64,000 bases of DNA from an uncultured virus (IMG/VR IMGVR_UViG_3300009085_000026) (IMGVR_UViG_3300009085_000026); one strand, 5' to 3'; shown: positions 37,841 through 46,747, numbered from the stretch's first letter. Notes: generated from the letters alone by a model not told the origin. Program-made: numbers and translations.

Positions 37841-38464
37841 CTATAGATAACCCAACTTCAAGTGATTGACTTTTACTGTAGGATCTGCAAATATTTTAAA
37901 TCCAGCATTTCTAGCTTTATTACAAAAATATATGTCTTCTCCTAAGAATTTTCTCTTTCCGTCTTCTTCTATTTCTCCCGTTTGAAACCATGGTCTTTCT
38001 ATCTTCTCAAAGACTCCTCGCTTTACAAGAAGGAACCCTGTACCAACTGACTTAGCTTCTATTAGATTATCAGAAGATAATTCATTATCATGAGAAAAGT
38101 TTTCTTGGCCAAGCTTTACTACAGAATATGTGTTTGGGGTTAAATGATAAAGACCGCTCACTATATCTAAGTCGTGCGACAATAACTTCATTATATCTTC
38201 TGGGTTAAATATAACATCGCTATCTATCCACATTATATGAGAGTAATCTATTTCGCCATAAAATGGTTTAGTTTTTTTAGACAAATCTATAACATCTTCC
38301 ATACTAAGTCCAAGACATAGCTCCCTTACAATTGAAACATTGGACCCGCTTTGAATACTAACGGTATAGTTTATTTTATTTGATTGTAAGAAACCAGTGA
38401 ACTTTAGCCAATTCAAAAAGAACTTAGCAGAAAATTCATTCGCGGGCAGTGCAAATACTATCAC
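37841..38464 (-). CDS. glycosyltransferase-like protein, paralog 1
   Basis: HIMWIDSD, GTGF, GEDIYFC, DPTVKVNH. Confidence 0.8.
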   Translation of the reverse strand: MIVFALPANEFSAKFFLNWLKFTGFLQSNKINYTVSIQSGSNVSIVRELCLGLSMEDVIDLSKKTKPFYGEIDYSHIMWIDSDVIFNPEDIMKLLSHDLDIVSGLYHLTPNTYSVVKLGQENFSHDNELSSDNLIEAKSVGTGFLLVKRGVFEKIERPWFQTGEIEEDGKRKFLGEDIYFCNKARNAGFKIFADPTVKVNHLKLGYL

Positions 38465-38566
38465 TTTTTACCTTTCTTTAGTTTTTAGATTCAATGCACA
38501 CTCTACAATATGCAAGGTTTCTTCTTGCACTTTATTTGAGATAAATATGCTGTTTGCTTGGTTTAA

Positions 38567-38821
38567 TTATTTACCGAAGTGACCCTTGAGAACTTTTCTT
38601 TCTACAGCTGCCAAATAAGCATTCGGATCGTCAGCTTTCTTAGCTCTCTCCTTGGCTCCCTTAGCGATACCCTTAAATTTCTTCGACTTCATGTATTTCT
38701 TTACATCTGCAGTCTTACCCTTCTTGCCAACACTAGTAGCCATTGCTTTATATCCAGCTTGCTCTCTAGAAGCTTCCCCAAGAAGTTTGTTCAGTATTCT
38801 CTTGTAATCTTGTAGCTCCAT
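38567..38821 (-). CDS. small basic protein, possible head-internal protein
   Basis: ATG 4 nt after AAGATAA; LLGEA motif. Confidence 0.7.
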   Translation of the reverse strand: MELQDYKRILNKLLGEASREQAGYKAMATSVGKKGKTADVKKYMKSKKFKGIAKGAKERAKKADDPNAYLAAVERKVLKGHFGK

Positions 38822-38874
38822 GATATTATCTTTGACTTAAAAACATTTATCTAATTTTATCAAGTTAACTTTGA

Positions 38875-40779
38875 TTGGGAGAAAATAAGAATATGTTTAC
38901 TAAGTTAGCTGAAGTCGATCTATATAAAAGTTTAATGGATACTACTCCAGATGTGGTAACCATAATAGATCTTAATGGTGTAATAAAGTTTAGATCTAAA
39001 AACTCAATGGATATATATAAAAGATCTGACGAAGAAATTTTAGAAAAAGATGGGTATATAGCCGTAACTGACAAGTATAAAAAAATAGTAGAAGACGGGA
39101 TCAAAGAAGTTGTAACAAAAGGTTATGTCAGAGGGCTAGTAGTAGAGCATCTACGAGGAGATGGGACAACATTCACCGGAGAAAATAATGCTACATTATT
39201 AAAAGACAAAGATGGAAAACCCTTGGGGATAATGATAACTACAAGAGATATAACAGATCTAGTTATCAAAAATAAATTATTAAAAGATACTGAAAATAAA
39301 TATAAAACTTTGTTTAATGATGCAGTTGATGGGATTTTTGTTCATGATATGAATGGAAAGTTTATAGATGTTAATCAAGTTGCTTGTGAAAGACTTTTAT
39401 ACACTAAAGCTGAGCTTTTAAATATGAATCTCAACGATATAGATAGTCCAAGCTCTCAAAAATTAATAAAAGAAAGAATGGAAGTATTAAATAAAAATGG
39501 CTATTCAACTTTTAATTCAGAACATATATCAAAAGATGGCAAGGTTTATCCAGTAGAAATAGCTGCTAAAATAATAGAACTTAATGGCCAACCAACAATA
39601 ATATCTATAGCAAGAGATCTTACAGAAAGAAAAAACTTAGAAGAACAATTACAGCAAGCTCAAAAAATGGAAGTTATAGGTAGATTATCTGGCGGTATAG
39701 CTCACAATTTTAACAATTTACTTACCGTAATAAGAGGATACTCTTCTGTATTATTGTCTAATAAAGATGTTAGCAATAGAGACGAATTATTAGAGATAGA
39801 GAAGGCCTCTAACAGAGCAGTTGGTGTAGTAAAACAACTATTAGCATTTAGCAGAAAACAAATAATGAAACCTGTTGTTCTAGATATAAATCAAGTTTTA
39901 AAAGATATAAATAAAATACTTTCTACTTTAATTGGTGAAGGAATAAAAATAAATTATGACTTAACTGAAAATATTGGCAAAATTTACGTTGACCCAATCC
40001 AGGTAGAACAAGTAATAATAAACTTAGCCGTAAACTCTAAAGATGCTATGAATAGCGTTGGCGAACTGACTATAAAAACAGAGATATGCTATTTAACTAG
40101 GGAACAGGTATCTCCACAACCATATCTAAGCAAAGGCGAGTATGTAAAGATAAGCGTTACGGATACTGGTTGCGGTATGACAAAAGACATAATGGACCAC
40201 ATGTTTGAGCCATTCTTTACTACAAAAGAAAAAGAGAGAGGTACTGGCTTAGGTTTACCAACTGTTTATGGTATAGTAAAGCAAAGTAATGGCTATATAT
40301 TTTGCCAAAGTGAAGTTGACAAAGGCACAACATTTGAAATATGCTTGCCAGTAATAGACGCTTCTTATGATTTAAAGATAGACAAAAACGAAGATACTTC
40401 TGCTTTTAGAGGAACCGAAACTATACTATTAGTTGAGGATGAAGATATAGTAAGAAGATTTACGAAAATTATATTAGAAAAACATGGTTATAAGATTATA
40501 GAAGCAGACAGTCCAGATGTGGCATTAAAATTTTGCAATGATCCCGGATTTGAAATAGATTTGTTACTTACGGATGTTGTATTACCAAAACTTAATGGTA
40601 AAGAACTATCTGAGAAAATGTGTAGCATTCATCCAAATGCAAAAGTAATATTCGTTTCTGGATATACTGAGAATACAGTTATACACCAAGGAATATTAAT
40701 AGAGGGCGTTAACTTTATTCAAAAGCCTTTTACTGTATTTGAATTAGTAAGCAAAGTAAGACAAGTTTTAGATAACTAA
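38875..40779 (+). CDS. PAS-PAS hybrid sensor histidine kinase/response regulator (probable start ATG 38893)
   Basis: Two PAS domains; GGIAHNFNN H-box, NLAVNSKDAM, DTGCGM, FEPFFTTK, GTGLGL; receiver LLVEDE, LLLTDVVLP, QKPF. Confidence 0.95.
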   Translation: MGENKNMFTKLAEVDLYKSLMDTTPDVVTIIDLNGVIKFRSKNSMDIYKRSDEEILEKDGYIAVTDKYKKIVEDGIKEVVTKGYVRGLVVEHLRGDGTTFTGENNATLLKDKDGKPLGIMITTRDITDLVIKNKLLKDTENKYKTLFNDAVDGIFVHDMNGKFIDVNQVACERLLYTKAELLNMNLNDIDSPSSQKLIKERMEVLNKNGYSTFNSEHISKDGKVYPVEIAAKIIELNGQPTIISIARDLTERKNLEEQLQQAQKMEVIGRLSGGIAHNFNNLLTVIRGYSSVLLSNKDVSNRDELLEIEKASNRAVGVVKQLLAFSRKQIMKPVVLDINQVLKDINKILSTLIGEGIKINYDLTENIGKIYVDPIQVEQVIINLAVNSKDAMNSVGELTIKTEICYLTREQVSPQPYLSKGEYVKISVTDTGCGMTKDIMDHMFEPFFTTKEKERGTGLGLPTVYGIVKQSNGYIFCQSEVDKGTTFEICLPVIDASYDLKIDKNEDTSAFRGTETILLVEDEDIVRRFTKIILEKHGYKIIEADSPDVALKFCNDPGFEIDLLLTDVVLPKLNGKELSEKMCSIHPNAKVIFVSGYTENTVIHQGILIEGVNFIQKPFTVFELVSKVRQVLDN

Positions 40780-41264
40780 ATTTTAGATTGTTTTGCCTGG
40801 GACAACAACTTAAAATATTTGTTGAATAAGTCCACTAACATATTGTTTCTATCTGTATTTCCTGCAAAGAAATATGACAATAGAAAACCTCTATCCATAT
40901 AAATATCATATCTTAAATTCGGCTCTTTGTTCTTATCGATAGCCGAATCATTTATAATAAACATAGAATAAGTTACAGATTGTATGTCTGTATCACTAAG
41001 AGACATCTTTAGATCGGCGAATATAAAATCTATCGTATTTAAAAGATAGCTTGTTTGATATAATATTCCACTTGTATCTTTCCCTTTTAGATCTTCAAAG
41101 ATAAGATCTTTATCTTTATAACTAAAGCTGAGATTTAGCTCAAACATTTTTAAATAATTAGATAGACTATTAAAAAATTTCTGTTGCGGAGTTAAAGTTG
41201 GCTTTAGTGGAAAAGCTACAGCAGCAGCTAAAAGCAAAACTATAAATACAACTAGCTTTTTCAT
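40776..41264 (-). CDS. exported hypothetical protein
   Basis: Signal peptide MKKLVVFIVLLLAAAVAF. Confidence 0.7.
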   Translation of the reverse strand: MKKLVVFIVLLLAAAVAFPLKPTLTPQQKFFNSLSNYLKMFELNLSFSYKDKDLIFEDLKGKDTSGILYQTSYLLNTIDFIFADLKMSLSDTDIQSVTYSMFIINDSAIDKNKEPNLRYDIYMDRGFLLSYFFAGNTDRNNMLVDLFNKYFKLLSQAKQSKI

Positions 41265-41626
41265 TTGTGTTTCTCCAGGGCCTTTATGCTCTCTTCTATT
41301 CTAGCTATCAAAATGTCTATTCTTTTTATATCATTATTTATGGATCCAAATTGAGTTGATTGATTTTTCATCATTTCTTTTAGTTCTTTTATATTTTCTA
41401 TTAGTTCGGCTTTTTGAATAGTTTCTATAACCGTCACTCTACTCTCTAATGGTTTTATTTGCGCAATCTCTGCCTTTACAGATGCAAAGAAATATCCTAT
41501 CGCGCCCGTGACGGCTAAAGAAATTAAAGTTGCCAGTATTTTTATAAAAGTTGATTGAAAAAATCCAGAATTCTTTGGCTCGGGTGGATCTAGGCTTTTT
41601 AATCCATTTTTGGTTTGTGCTAGCAT
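41261..41626 (-). CDS. single-TM coiled-coil protein, possible lysis accessory
   Basis: One TM then coiled coil; preceded by AAGATAA (41640-41646). Confidence 0.6.
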   Translation of the reverse strand: MLAQTKNGLKSLDPPEPKNSGFFQSTFIKILATLISLAVTGAIGYFFASVKAEIAQIKPLESRVTVIETIQKAELIENIKELKEMMKNQSTQFGSINNDIKRIDILIARIEESIKALEKHK

Positions 41627-41639
41627 ATTATCCTCTAGT

Positions 41640-42206
41640 TTATCTTTGTAAAATATTATTAAAGAATTTGTTTATAGTTTCATCACTTTGAAAAGCTGGT
41701 AGAAGATGAACATTATGCGGGGGTAAAGTTGTTATATCTAATACTTCCAAATAAAGATCGTACTGCTTTCGAAAATCATTAGTTATTTCCCATTTATCTT
41801 TGTTTCTGCCCATGTTCTCTATTCTATTAAAATTTTCTTCTGTTAAAGTTATGAAAACTATATGTATATCTTTTAGAGAATCGCCCAACACTTCTTCGAC
41901 TCTAAATATATGACTTTTCCAAAAGTCTTTACTATATTTATTTCGCCAAGATTGCCCATATACATAGGAAGACCAATAGCCTCTATCAAAAGCTAAATTG
42001 TTTTTAAATAAAAGATCATCTATTAATGTTGGTAAAGCTTGTGCATAAGCTAAATCTCTACCTATTGCATAGTCATCCGGGTCTACATTTGTATCAGCTA
42101 TGAGCCGCATGCCAACATCTTTATAAATTAGAAAGTGGGGGAACTTACTCAATAGATTTATAGCGTAACTTTTTCCGCTCCGACGGATACCTTCTAGAAG
42201 AATTAT
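41640..42206 (-). CDS. P-loop dNMP kinase-like protein with probable non-canonical ATA start
   Basis: In-frame extension ILLEGIRRSGKS (Walker A) upstream of the track start; FDRG motif; SD AAGGAGGTGA. Confidence 0.75.
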   Translation of the reverse strand: MILLEGIRRSGKSYAINLLSKFPHFLIYKDVGMRLIADTNVDPDDYAIGRDLAYAQALPTLIDDLLFKNNLAFDRGYWSSYVYGQSWRNKYSKDFWKSHIFRVEEVLGDSLKDIHIVFITLTEENFNRIENMGRNKDKWEITNDFRKQYDLYLEVLDITTLPPHNVHLLPAFQSDETINKFFNNILQR

Positions 42207-42490
42207 AAGATCACCTCCTTTACACTATTAGCTTCATAAATTTCTATATAACCCTTGCTTAGTTTTTCTCTTATTTTACTATTTACATAATGAAGAGCTT
42301 GTCTTTCGCTATACATTTCTTTTACGTCGCGGACCTCTTTTTTACCTATTCTACCATAAGTTGCAACAATCTTTTTACCTTGAAGACTTATGTGATAGAA
42401 CTTGTAGTGCTCATCTAAAGTATGGACAAATAGTCTACCCTGCCCATACTTAAGCATTAGCTTAACCTTGTCCTTCTGTGCTATATCCAT
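42203..42490 (-). CDS. WGR-domain protein
   Basis: HYKFY......YGRIG.....A....K..EKLSKGY.E. Confidence 0.75.
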   Translation of the reverse strand: MDIAQKDKVKLMLKYGQGRLFVHTLDEHYKFYHISLQGKKIVATYGRIGKKEVRDVKEMYSERQALHYVNSKIREKLSKGYIEIYEANSVKEVIL

Positions 42491-42514
42491 ATTATAAAAT
42501 ATGCGTTATACAAA

Positions 42515-42538
42515 TAGGGCCTCCTTAAGGAGGCCCTA
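42515..42538. terminator. 24-bp perfect palindrome, probable terminator after hsp20
   Basis: TAGGGCCTCCTTAAGGAGGCCCTA. Confidence 0.75.
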
Positions 42539-42555
42539 ACTCTGGGAAAATCCAA

Positions 42556-42978
42556 TTAGGCTTTATTGACTTCAATTTTTCTTGGCTTTGAACCTTCAGC
42601 CTTCGGTAGACTGACCTTGAGAACTCCGTCTTTGAGTTCTGCTTTGACGTTTTCTCCGTCGATGTCCGGGATTCTATAGGCTTTGCAGAACTTACCTGCT
42701 CTGAGGCTTCTGAAACCTTTTTCTTTCTTCTCTTCGCCATAGTTAGCCTCCACGGAAATAACCCCGTTCTCATAGGTGATACTTAGCTGGTCTTCTTTGA
42801 GGCCAGGCACTTCGGCTACGAGATTATACTCGTTGTCGTTTTCTTCTACTTCAGTTCTTAAAACTCTGCTTTGTGGTACATCCAAGTCAAAGAAACCCCT
42901 ATCAAAATCATCAAGTAAGCTACCAAATCCTCGGCTCAATGCTTTCTCAAATGGCCTAAAAATAGCTAGATCATTCAT
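42556..42978 (-). CDS. small heat shock protein (Hsp20/alpha-crystallin)
   Basis: AEVPG..., AELKDGVLKVSLPK...RKIEV. Confidence 0.92.
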   Translation of the reverse strand: MNDLAIFRPFEKALSRGFGSLLDDFDRGFFDLDVPQSRVLRTEVEENDNEYNLVAEVPGLKEDQLSITYENGVISVEANYGEEKKEKGFRSLRAGKFCKAYRIPDIDGENVKAELKDGVLKVSLPKAEGSKPRKIEVNKA

Positions 42979-43087
42979 AAAAACCTCCTAATAAAATATT
43001 ATATTAGGATTAATGTAAATACCATGCCAACTGTAAAATAGCAAAAATATATAAAAAATAAGCCGTTTTATTTAGTTTTTTGCAGAT

Positions 43088-43357
43088 TTAATAGTGTCCA
43101 CTCTGATCTAATTTTTCTGAGTGTGGAGGTATGCCACCAGTGTTTAATTTTGGTGATAGATTTTCTCTCTTTATATGATTATATCTATTTTTAGTGTTGT
43201 TCTTTCTCTTTTTGTGAAATAATTTTTTAAAAATTTTACACATAAAACTTTTATTACCTCTTTCTAAGTAATCAAGTATCATAAAGAAAACTAAAATCAA
43301 AATCAATGACATTATTAAAAGAGAAATTATTCCTATTAAACTTAAAACCGTTATCAT
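43088..43357 (-). CDS. membrane hypothetical protein
   Basis: N-terminal TM. Confidence 0.5.
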   Translation of the reverse strand: MITVLSLIGIISLLIMSLILILVFFMILDYLERGNKSFMCKIFKKLFHKKRKNNTKNRYNHIKRENLSPKLNTGGIPPHSEKLDQSGHY

Positions 43358-43812
43358 TGTTCCGTTGTCTCTATTGATTCATATTCATTCTTCTTTCCGC
43401 AATCTTTACAAAGAGTTTTGTACCAACCGTTCTTTTCCATAAGGTTACCAGTATCTCCACAAACTTCACAGGTTACTTGTGATTTCTTCTCTGCATCGCT
43501 TATTAATTTATACATCTCTTCTGAGGCCATTGTAACATAAAATCTTAAACTTCCATATTTCTCTTTTACTTGTTGAACTCTAAACCAATCATTGTCGCCA
43601 TTTTTAACGAGCTCTATAGTTTTTTCTTTCTTAGATATTTTTTCATCTATCTTTTTTACTTCTATTTCTAGTGCTTTGCAGAGTTCCCACAAAATATCAA
43701 ACCAACCATCTCCATGTTCAAACCCAAAAGCCATAAGACTTTGAGTAATTGGAGTATTGGGGTGAAAAAATTTAAATCTATAAAATAGAGCTTCCTCCAG
43801 AGACTGTTTCAT
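43354..43812 (-). CDS. hypothetical phage protein with Zn-finger-like motif
   Basis: GDGW...QVKEKYGSLRFY...TCEVCG...W.KTLC..C. Confidence 0.8.
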   Translation of the reverse strand: MKQSLEEALFYRFKFFHPNTPITQSLMAFGFEHGDGWFDILWELCKALEIEVKKIDEKISKKEKTIELVKNGDNDWFRVQQVKEKYGSLRFYVTMASEEMYKLISDAEKKSQVTCEVCGDTGNLMEKNGWYKTLCKDCGKKNEYESIETTEQ

Positions 43813-44150
43813 TTTAAGTCTTTGATAGTATAAAGATCATTAAAGAGGTCGGGAAAATTTCTATCGTGAAAATAAATTGTGACATCTTCCTTTGATATCC
43901 TCAAATCGTATTTGTTTCTTTCCATTATTCCCGAATTAAATTCCAAGGTCCAACTATCTACTCCTGGAGTACCATCAATAGCCAATAATATATCAGAAGA
44001 GTTTGGTTTTATAACAACTATTGGTGGACTTGGCCTTATGCTTGGCCCAAAAACAATACCAACTCCAAGACCGATAAGTCCCATTACAGCCAACAGAATA
44101 AACATTATCCAAACTCTAACTTCCTTAAAAGTCATCGGAATCTTTCTCAT
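43809..44150 (-). CDS. membrane hypothetical protein
   Basis: N-terminal TM. Confidence 0.6.
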   Translation of the reverse strand: MRKIPMTFKEVRVWIMFILLAVMGLIGLGVGIVFGPSIRPSPPIVVIKPNSSDILLAIDGTPGVDSWTLEFNSGIMERNKYDLRISKEDVTIYFHDRNFPDLFNDLYTIKDLK

Positions 44151-44407
44151 TTTTTCAATTCTCCTTTAACGGTTGCTCTTATAATAACATCTATAACTTT
44201 CTTTGGTAGCAATATTGGCCCTATGTGATTTGGCTCTTCGCTATCAACTATTTGTAATTTCCAATCTTCATCATCTATTTTCCAAAATCTATAGACTATT
44301 TTTCTTTCTGTATATCCTGAGCTACCCTTATGTTTAGCTATCACTTCAAATGTTTCACTATTTCTTTCTATCCACTCGGTATCTTCTGGTGGAGCATAAC
44401 TCGCCAT
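44147..44407 (-). CDS. hypothetical protein
   Basis: Coupled ORF. Confidence 0.6.
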   Translation of the reverse strand: MASYAPPEDTEWIERNSETFEVIAKHKGSSGYTERKIVYRFWKIDDEDWKLQIVDSEEPNHIGPILLPKKVIDVIIRATVKGELKK

Positions 44408-44443
44408 TTAGTACCCCAATTTTTATTAAATAGACTTACATTA

Positions 44444-44716
44444 TTAAATATGCTTGATTGTTGGGTCTTCTATCCATAATCTACACGTATTTTCTTTGGG
44501 TATCTTATTTGTTCTATATAAATGTACATACAGTTGATTTGAGCAAAACGACTTGCCAATATCTCCCCTATAGCTTCCCCATTCTACTTTCTTATAGTGA
44601 TCGCAGTTTTCACACACACAATTCTTAAGAAGATTTTTTGTTATTCTTGCTCTCTGTTTTTTCTCTCTAAGTTTTGCTTTCTTGAGAGATCTCTTCAGTG
44701 AGTTTGTTTTTGACAT
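44444..44716 (-). CDS. small Cys4 family protein
   Basis: ITKNLLKNCVCENC...FC...NTCRLW. Confidence 0.7.
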   Translation of the reverse strand: MSKTNSLKRSLKKAKLREKKQRARITKNLLKNCVCENCDHYKKVEWGSYRGDIGKSFCSNQLYVHLYRTNKIPKENTCRLWIEDPTIKHI

Positions 44717-44942
44717 CTAACTTTCTTTGCTTTCTTTTAAGAGCGACTTTCTTTCTATGTTTAACCTGCTTTTCCCACTTCTCCTGAGAGCTCATCATCC
44801 ACTGAGAACAAATTACAGAATTCTTATCGTTATTTTTTAGAGCGCTACAATGCTTATCATCACGAAGTCCAGATCGAGCACAATTAGAACAGGTACGACC
44901 CTTGAGAATGTTCTTAATTATCGATCTGGTATTTGTAATCAA
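44667..44942 (-). CDS. small Cys4 family protein (probable TTG start)
   Basis: IIKNILKGRTCSNC...HC...ICSQW. Confidence 0.65.
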   Translation of the reverse strand: MITNTRSIIKNILKGRTCSNCARSGLRDDKHCSALKNNDKNSVICSQWMMSSQEKWEKQVKHRKKVALKRKQRKLDVKNKLTEEISQESKT

Positions 44943-45154
44943 AGTAGCTCTCCAATAATAGCAATTATAGCAATAATAAAGCTTAGGATAGCATAAGCTA
45001 TCAGAATTCCCAGTATAAAAGCAATTGGTCCCCACAAGGGAACTGTAATCCACCACCAGCTCCACGCAACTACTTTAGTAAGCTTCAATATTAAAAATAC
45101 TATAAAAGTTGTGAAGCCTATACTAGGCAAAGAAATCTTAACGCTGTTGGCCAT
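44939..45154 (-). CDS. small membrane protein
   Basis: FLILKLT..WSWWWITVPLW. Confidence 0.75.
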   Translation of the reverse strand: MANSVKISLPSIGFTTFIVFLILKLTKVVAWSWWWITVPLWGPIAFILGILIAYAILSFIIAIIAIIGELL

Positions 45155-46454
45155 AAGTTCTCCTTACAAAATCAAGAGCATCATCTTCGGTAGTAAGCTC
45201 CCCCTCAAGCTGAAGATCCACTACGGTATTGAGGATCTCTTTGAAGAGAGGCCCCGGCTTGAAACCAAGATCAATCAGCTGTTGGCCAGAGATAATCGGC
45301 TTCGGCTTAATCTCCTCCGGCTTCCAGGTGTCCATCTTCTCTCGGATGTAAGTCAGAGAAGAGATGTTACCAGAAGCAGCCATGATATCAGCCTCATTCA
45401 GTTTGAGAAGGTCGTCAAAATGAGGGAGAGCCATCATCTTCTTAACCGTCGCTTTCTTCATGCTCCTGACAAAATGATGAAGCATATGGTCCGAAGTAAG
45501 ATTCTTCACAAGCTCAATATCATCGTTAGAAAACTTTAGTCTTCTCATGAGAGTATCAACCATCTCGGCTCCAACTTTGTCATGGCCGTGATTGATAGTC
45601 TTTCCATCTTCATTTATGCTAGAAGTAGAGGGCTTGCCAATGTCGTGAAGCATTCCGGCAAGTTGAAGGATGGGCCTCTCGCTCTTGAGATTCTCCATTG
45701 CTCTGACGGTGTGCTCGAAGACATCTCCCTCAGGATGATAGTTAGGATTCTGTCCACATCCAACGAGAGCATCAACCTCGGGGAGGATATGCTTGAGAAG
45801 CCCAGAGTCATAGAGAAGGACCATCATCTCTCGAGGCTTACCAATGGCAATCATCTTCATCAGCTCCTCGCTGATTCTCTCCTCAGAAACGTTGTTTATC
45901 TTCTCGGCGTTCATGATGATTGCACTCCAAGTTTTCTTATCGATAGTAAAGCCAAGCTTAATAGCAAAGCGAATTGCCCTAAGGATTCTAAGATTGTCTT
46001 CTTGGATTCTCTTGTTGGGGTCTCCGACAAAGCGGATGATCTTATCGCAAAGATCCTGATGACCCTTATTGAAGTCAAGTACCCTCTCCCTTACAGGATC
46101 ATAGAAGATGGAGTTGATGGTAAGATCTCTGCGGGAAGAATCTTTCCCCATGCTAGAAAAGAGAACTGAGTCAGGCCTTCTGCCATCAGAGTAAGTTCCA
46201 TCCTCACGGAAGGTAGCAACCTCAAAGTCGGTATCCCCATATCTTACCAGAACTACTCCGAAGGACTTTCCAACAGATTTGGTATTTTTGAAAAGGTTGA
46301 TAACCTGGTCAGGGTTAGCAGAAGTTGCAATATCGATATCGTGAGGATCGTCGCCGAGAAGCATATCCCTTACGGCACCCCCAGCAAAGACAGCCTGGTG
46401 TCCTTTGTCTTGGAGTCTCTTTACAATTTTCAGGGCGTTGCCGTAATTAGTCAT
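45138..46454 (-). CDS. cca: CCA-adding tRNA nucleotidyltransferase with HD domain, apparently leaderless
   Basis: GGAVRD, DIDIAT, EVATFR, RRDLTIN, EDNLRILRAIRF, HPEGDVFEH, LHDIGK. Confidence 0.93.
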   Translation of the reverse strand: MTNYGNALKIVKRLQDKGHQAVFAGGAVRDMLLGDDPHDIDIATSANPDQVINLFKNTKSVGKSFGVVLVRYGDTDFEVATFREDGTYSDGRRPDSVLFSSMGKDSSRRDLTINSIFYDPVRERVLDFNKGHQDLCDKIIRFVGDPNKRIQEDNLRILRAIRFAIKLGFTIDKKTWSAIIMNAEKINNVSEERISEELMKMIAIGKPREMMVLLYDSGLLKHILPEVDALVGCGQNPNYHPEGDVFEHTVRAMENLKSERPILQLAGMLHDIGKPSTSSINEDGKTINHGHDKVGAEMVDTLMRRLKFSNDDIELVKNLTSDHMLHHFVRSMKKATVKKMMALPHFDDLLKLNEADIMAASGNISSLTYIREKMDTWKPEEIKPKPIISGQQLIDLGFKPGPLFKEILNTVVDLQLEGELTTEDDALDFVRRTYGQQR

Positions 46455-46461
46455 ATACCTT

Positions 46462-46483
46462 ATTATATCTCAGAGTCGAAACT
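46462..46483 (-). promoter_or_regulatory. putative early promoter
   Basis: AGTTTCGAC-tctgaga-TATAAT, 7 nt before the cca ATG. Confidence 0.8.
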
Positions 46484-46719
46484 TACCAGGTTCTATCAGC
46501 TTTCTTCCAGAAGTTTTTGCAAGAGTGTCTAAAAGGGTTTTCCAACTTGCTTCTTTCAACAGGCTGTCCTTTAAGATCCGTTCTAAGAGAGCAATGAGGA
46601 GGGTTCAAATCTACATATTCTACCATGCCATTTACATATTCTCTACCAGCAGTAAGAAAGTATCTGCAATTAGTGCAAGAACCGCCCCTAAGCAAAGCGA
46701 TAACTACTGCCTTTTCCAT
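46483..46719 (-). CDS. small Cys4 family protein
   Basis: VIALLRGGSCTNC...HC...SCKNF. Confidence 0.7.
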   Translation of the reverse strand: MEKAVVIALLRGGSCTNCRYFLTAGREYVNGMVEYVDLNPPHCSLRTDLKGQPVERSKLENPFRHSCKNFWKKADRTW

Positions 46720-46747
46720 GATTAGATTATATATGCTTTTCGATTGT

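Noticed and set aside
38465..38500. preQ1-I riboswitch suggested by an AAAAACTAA tail
   Set aside because: The required P1 stem and conserved loop are absent, and the downstream genes are unrelated to queuosine.
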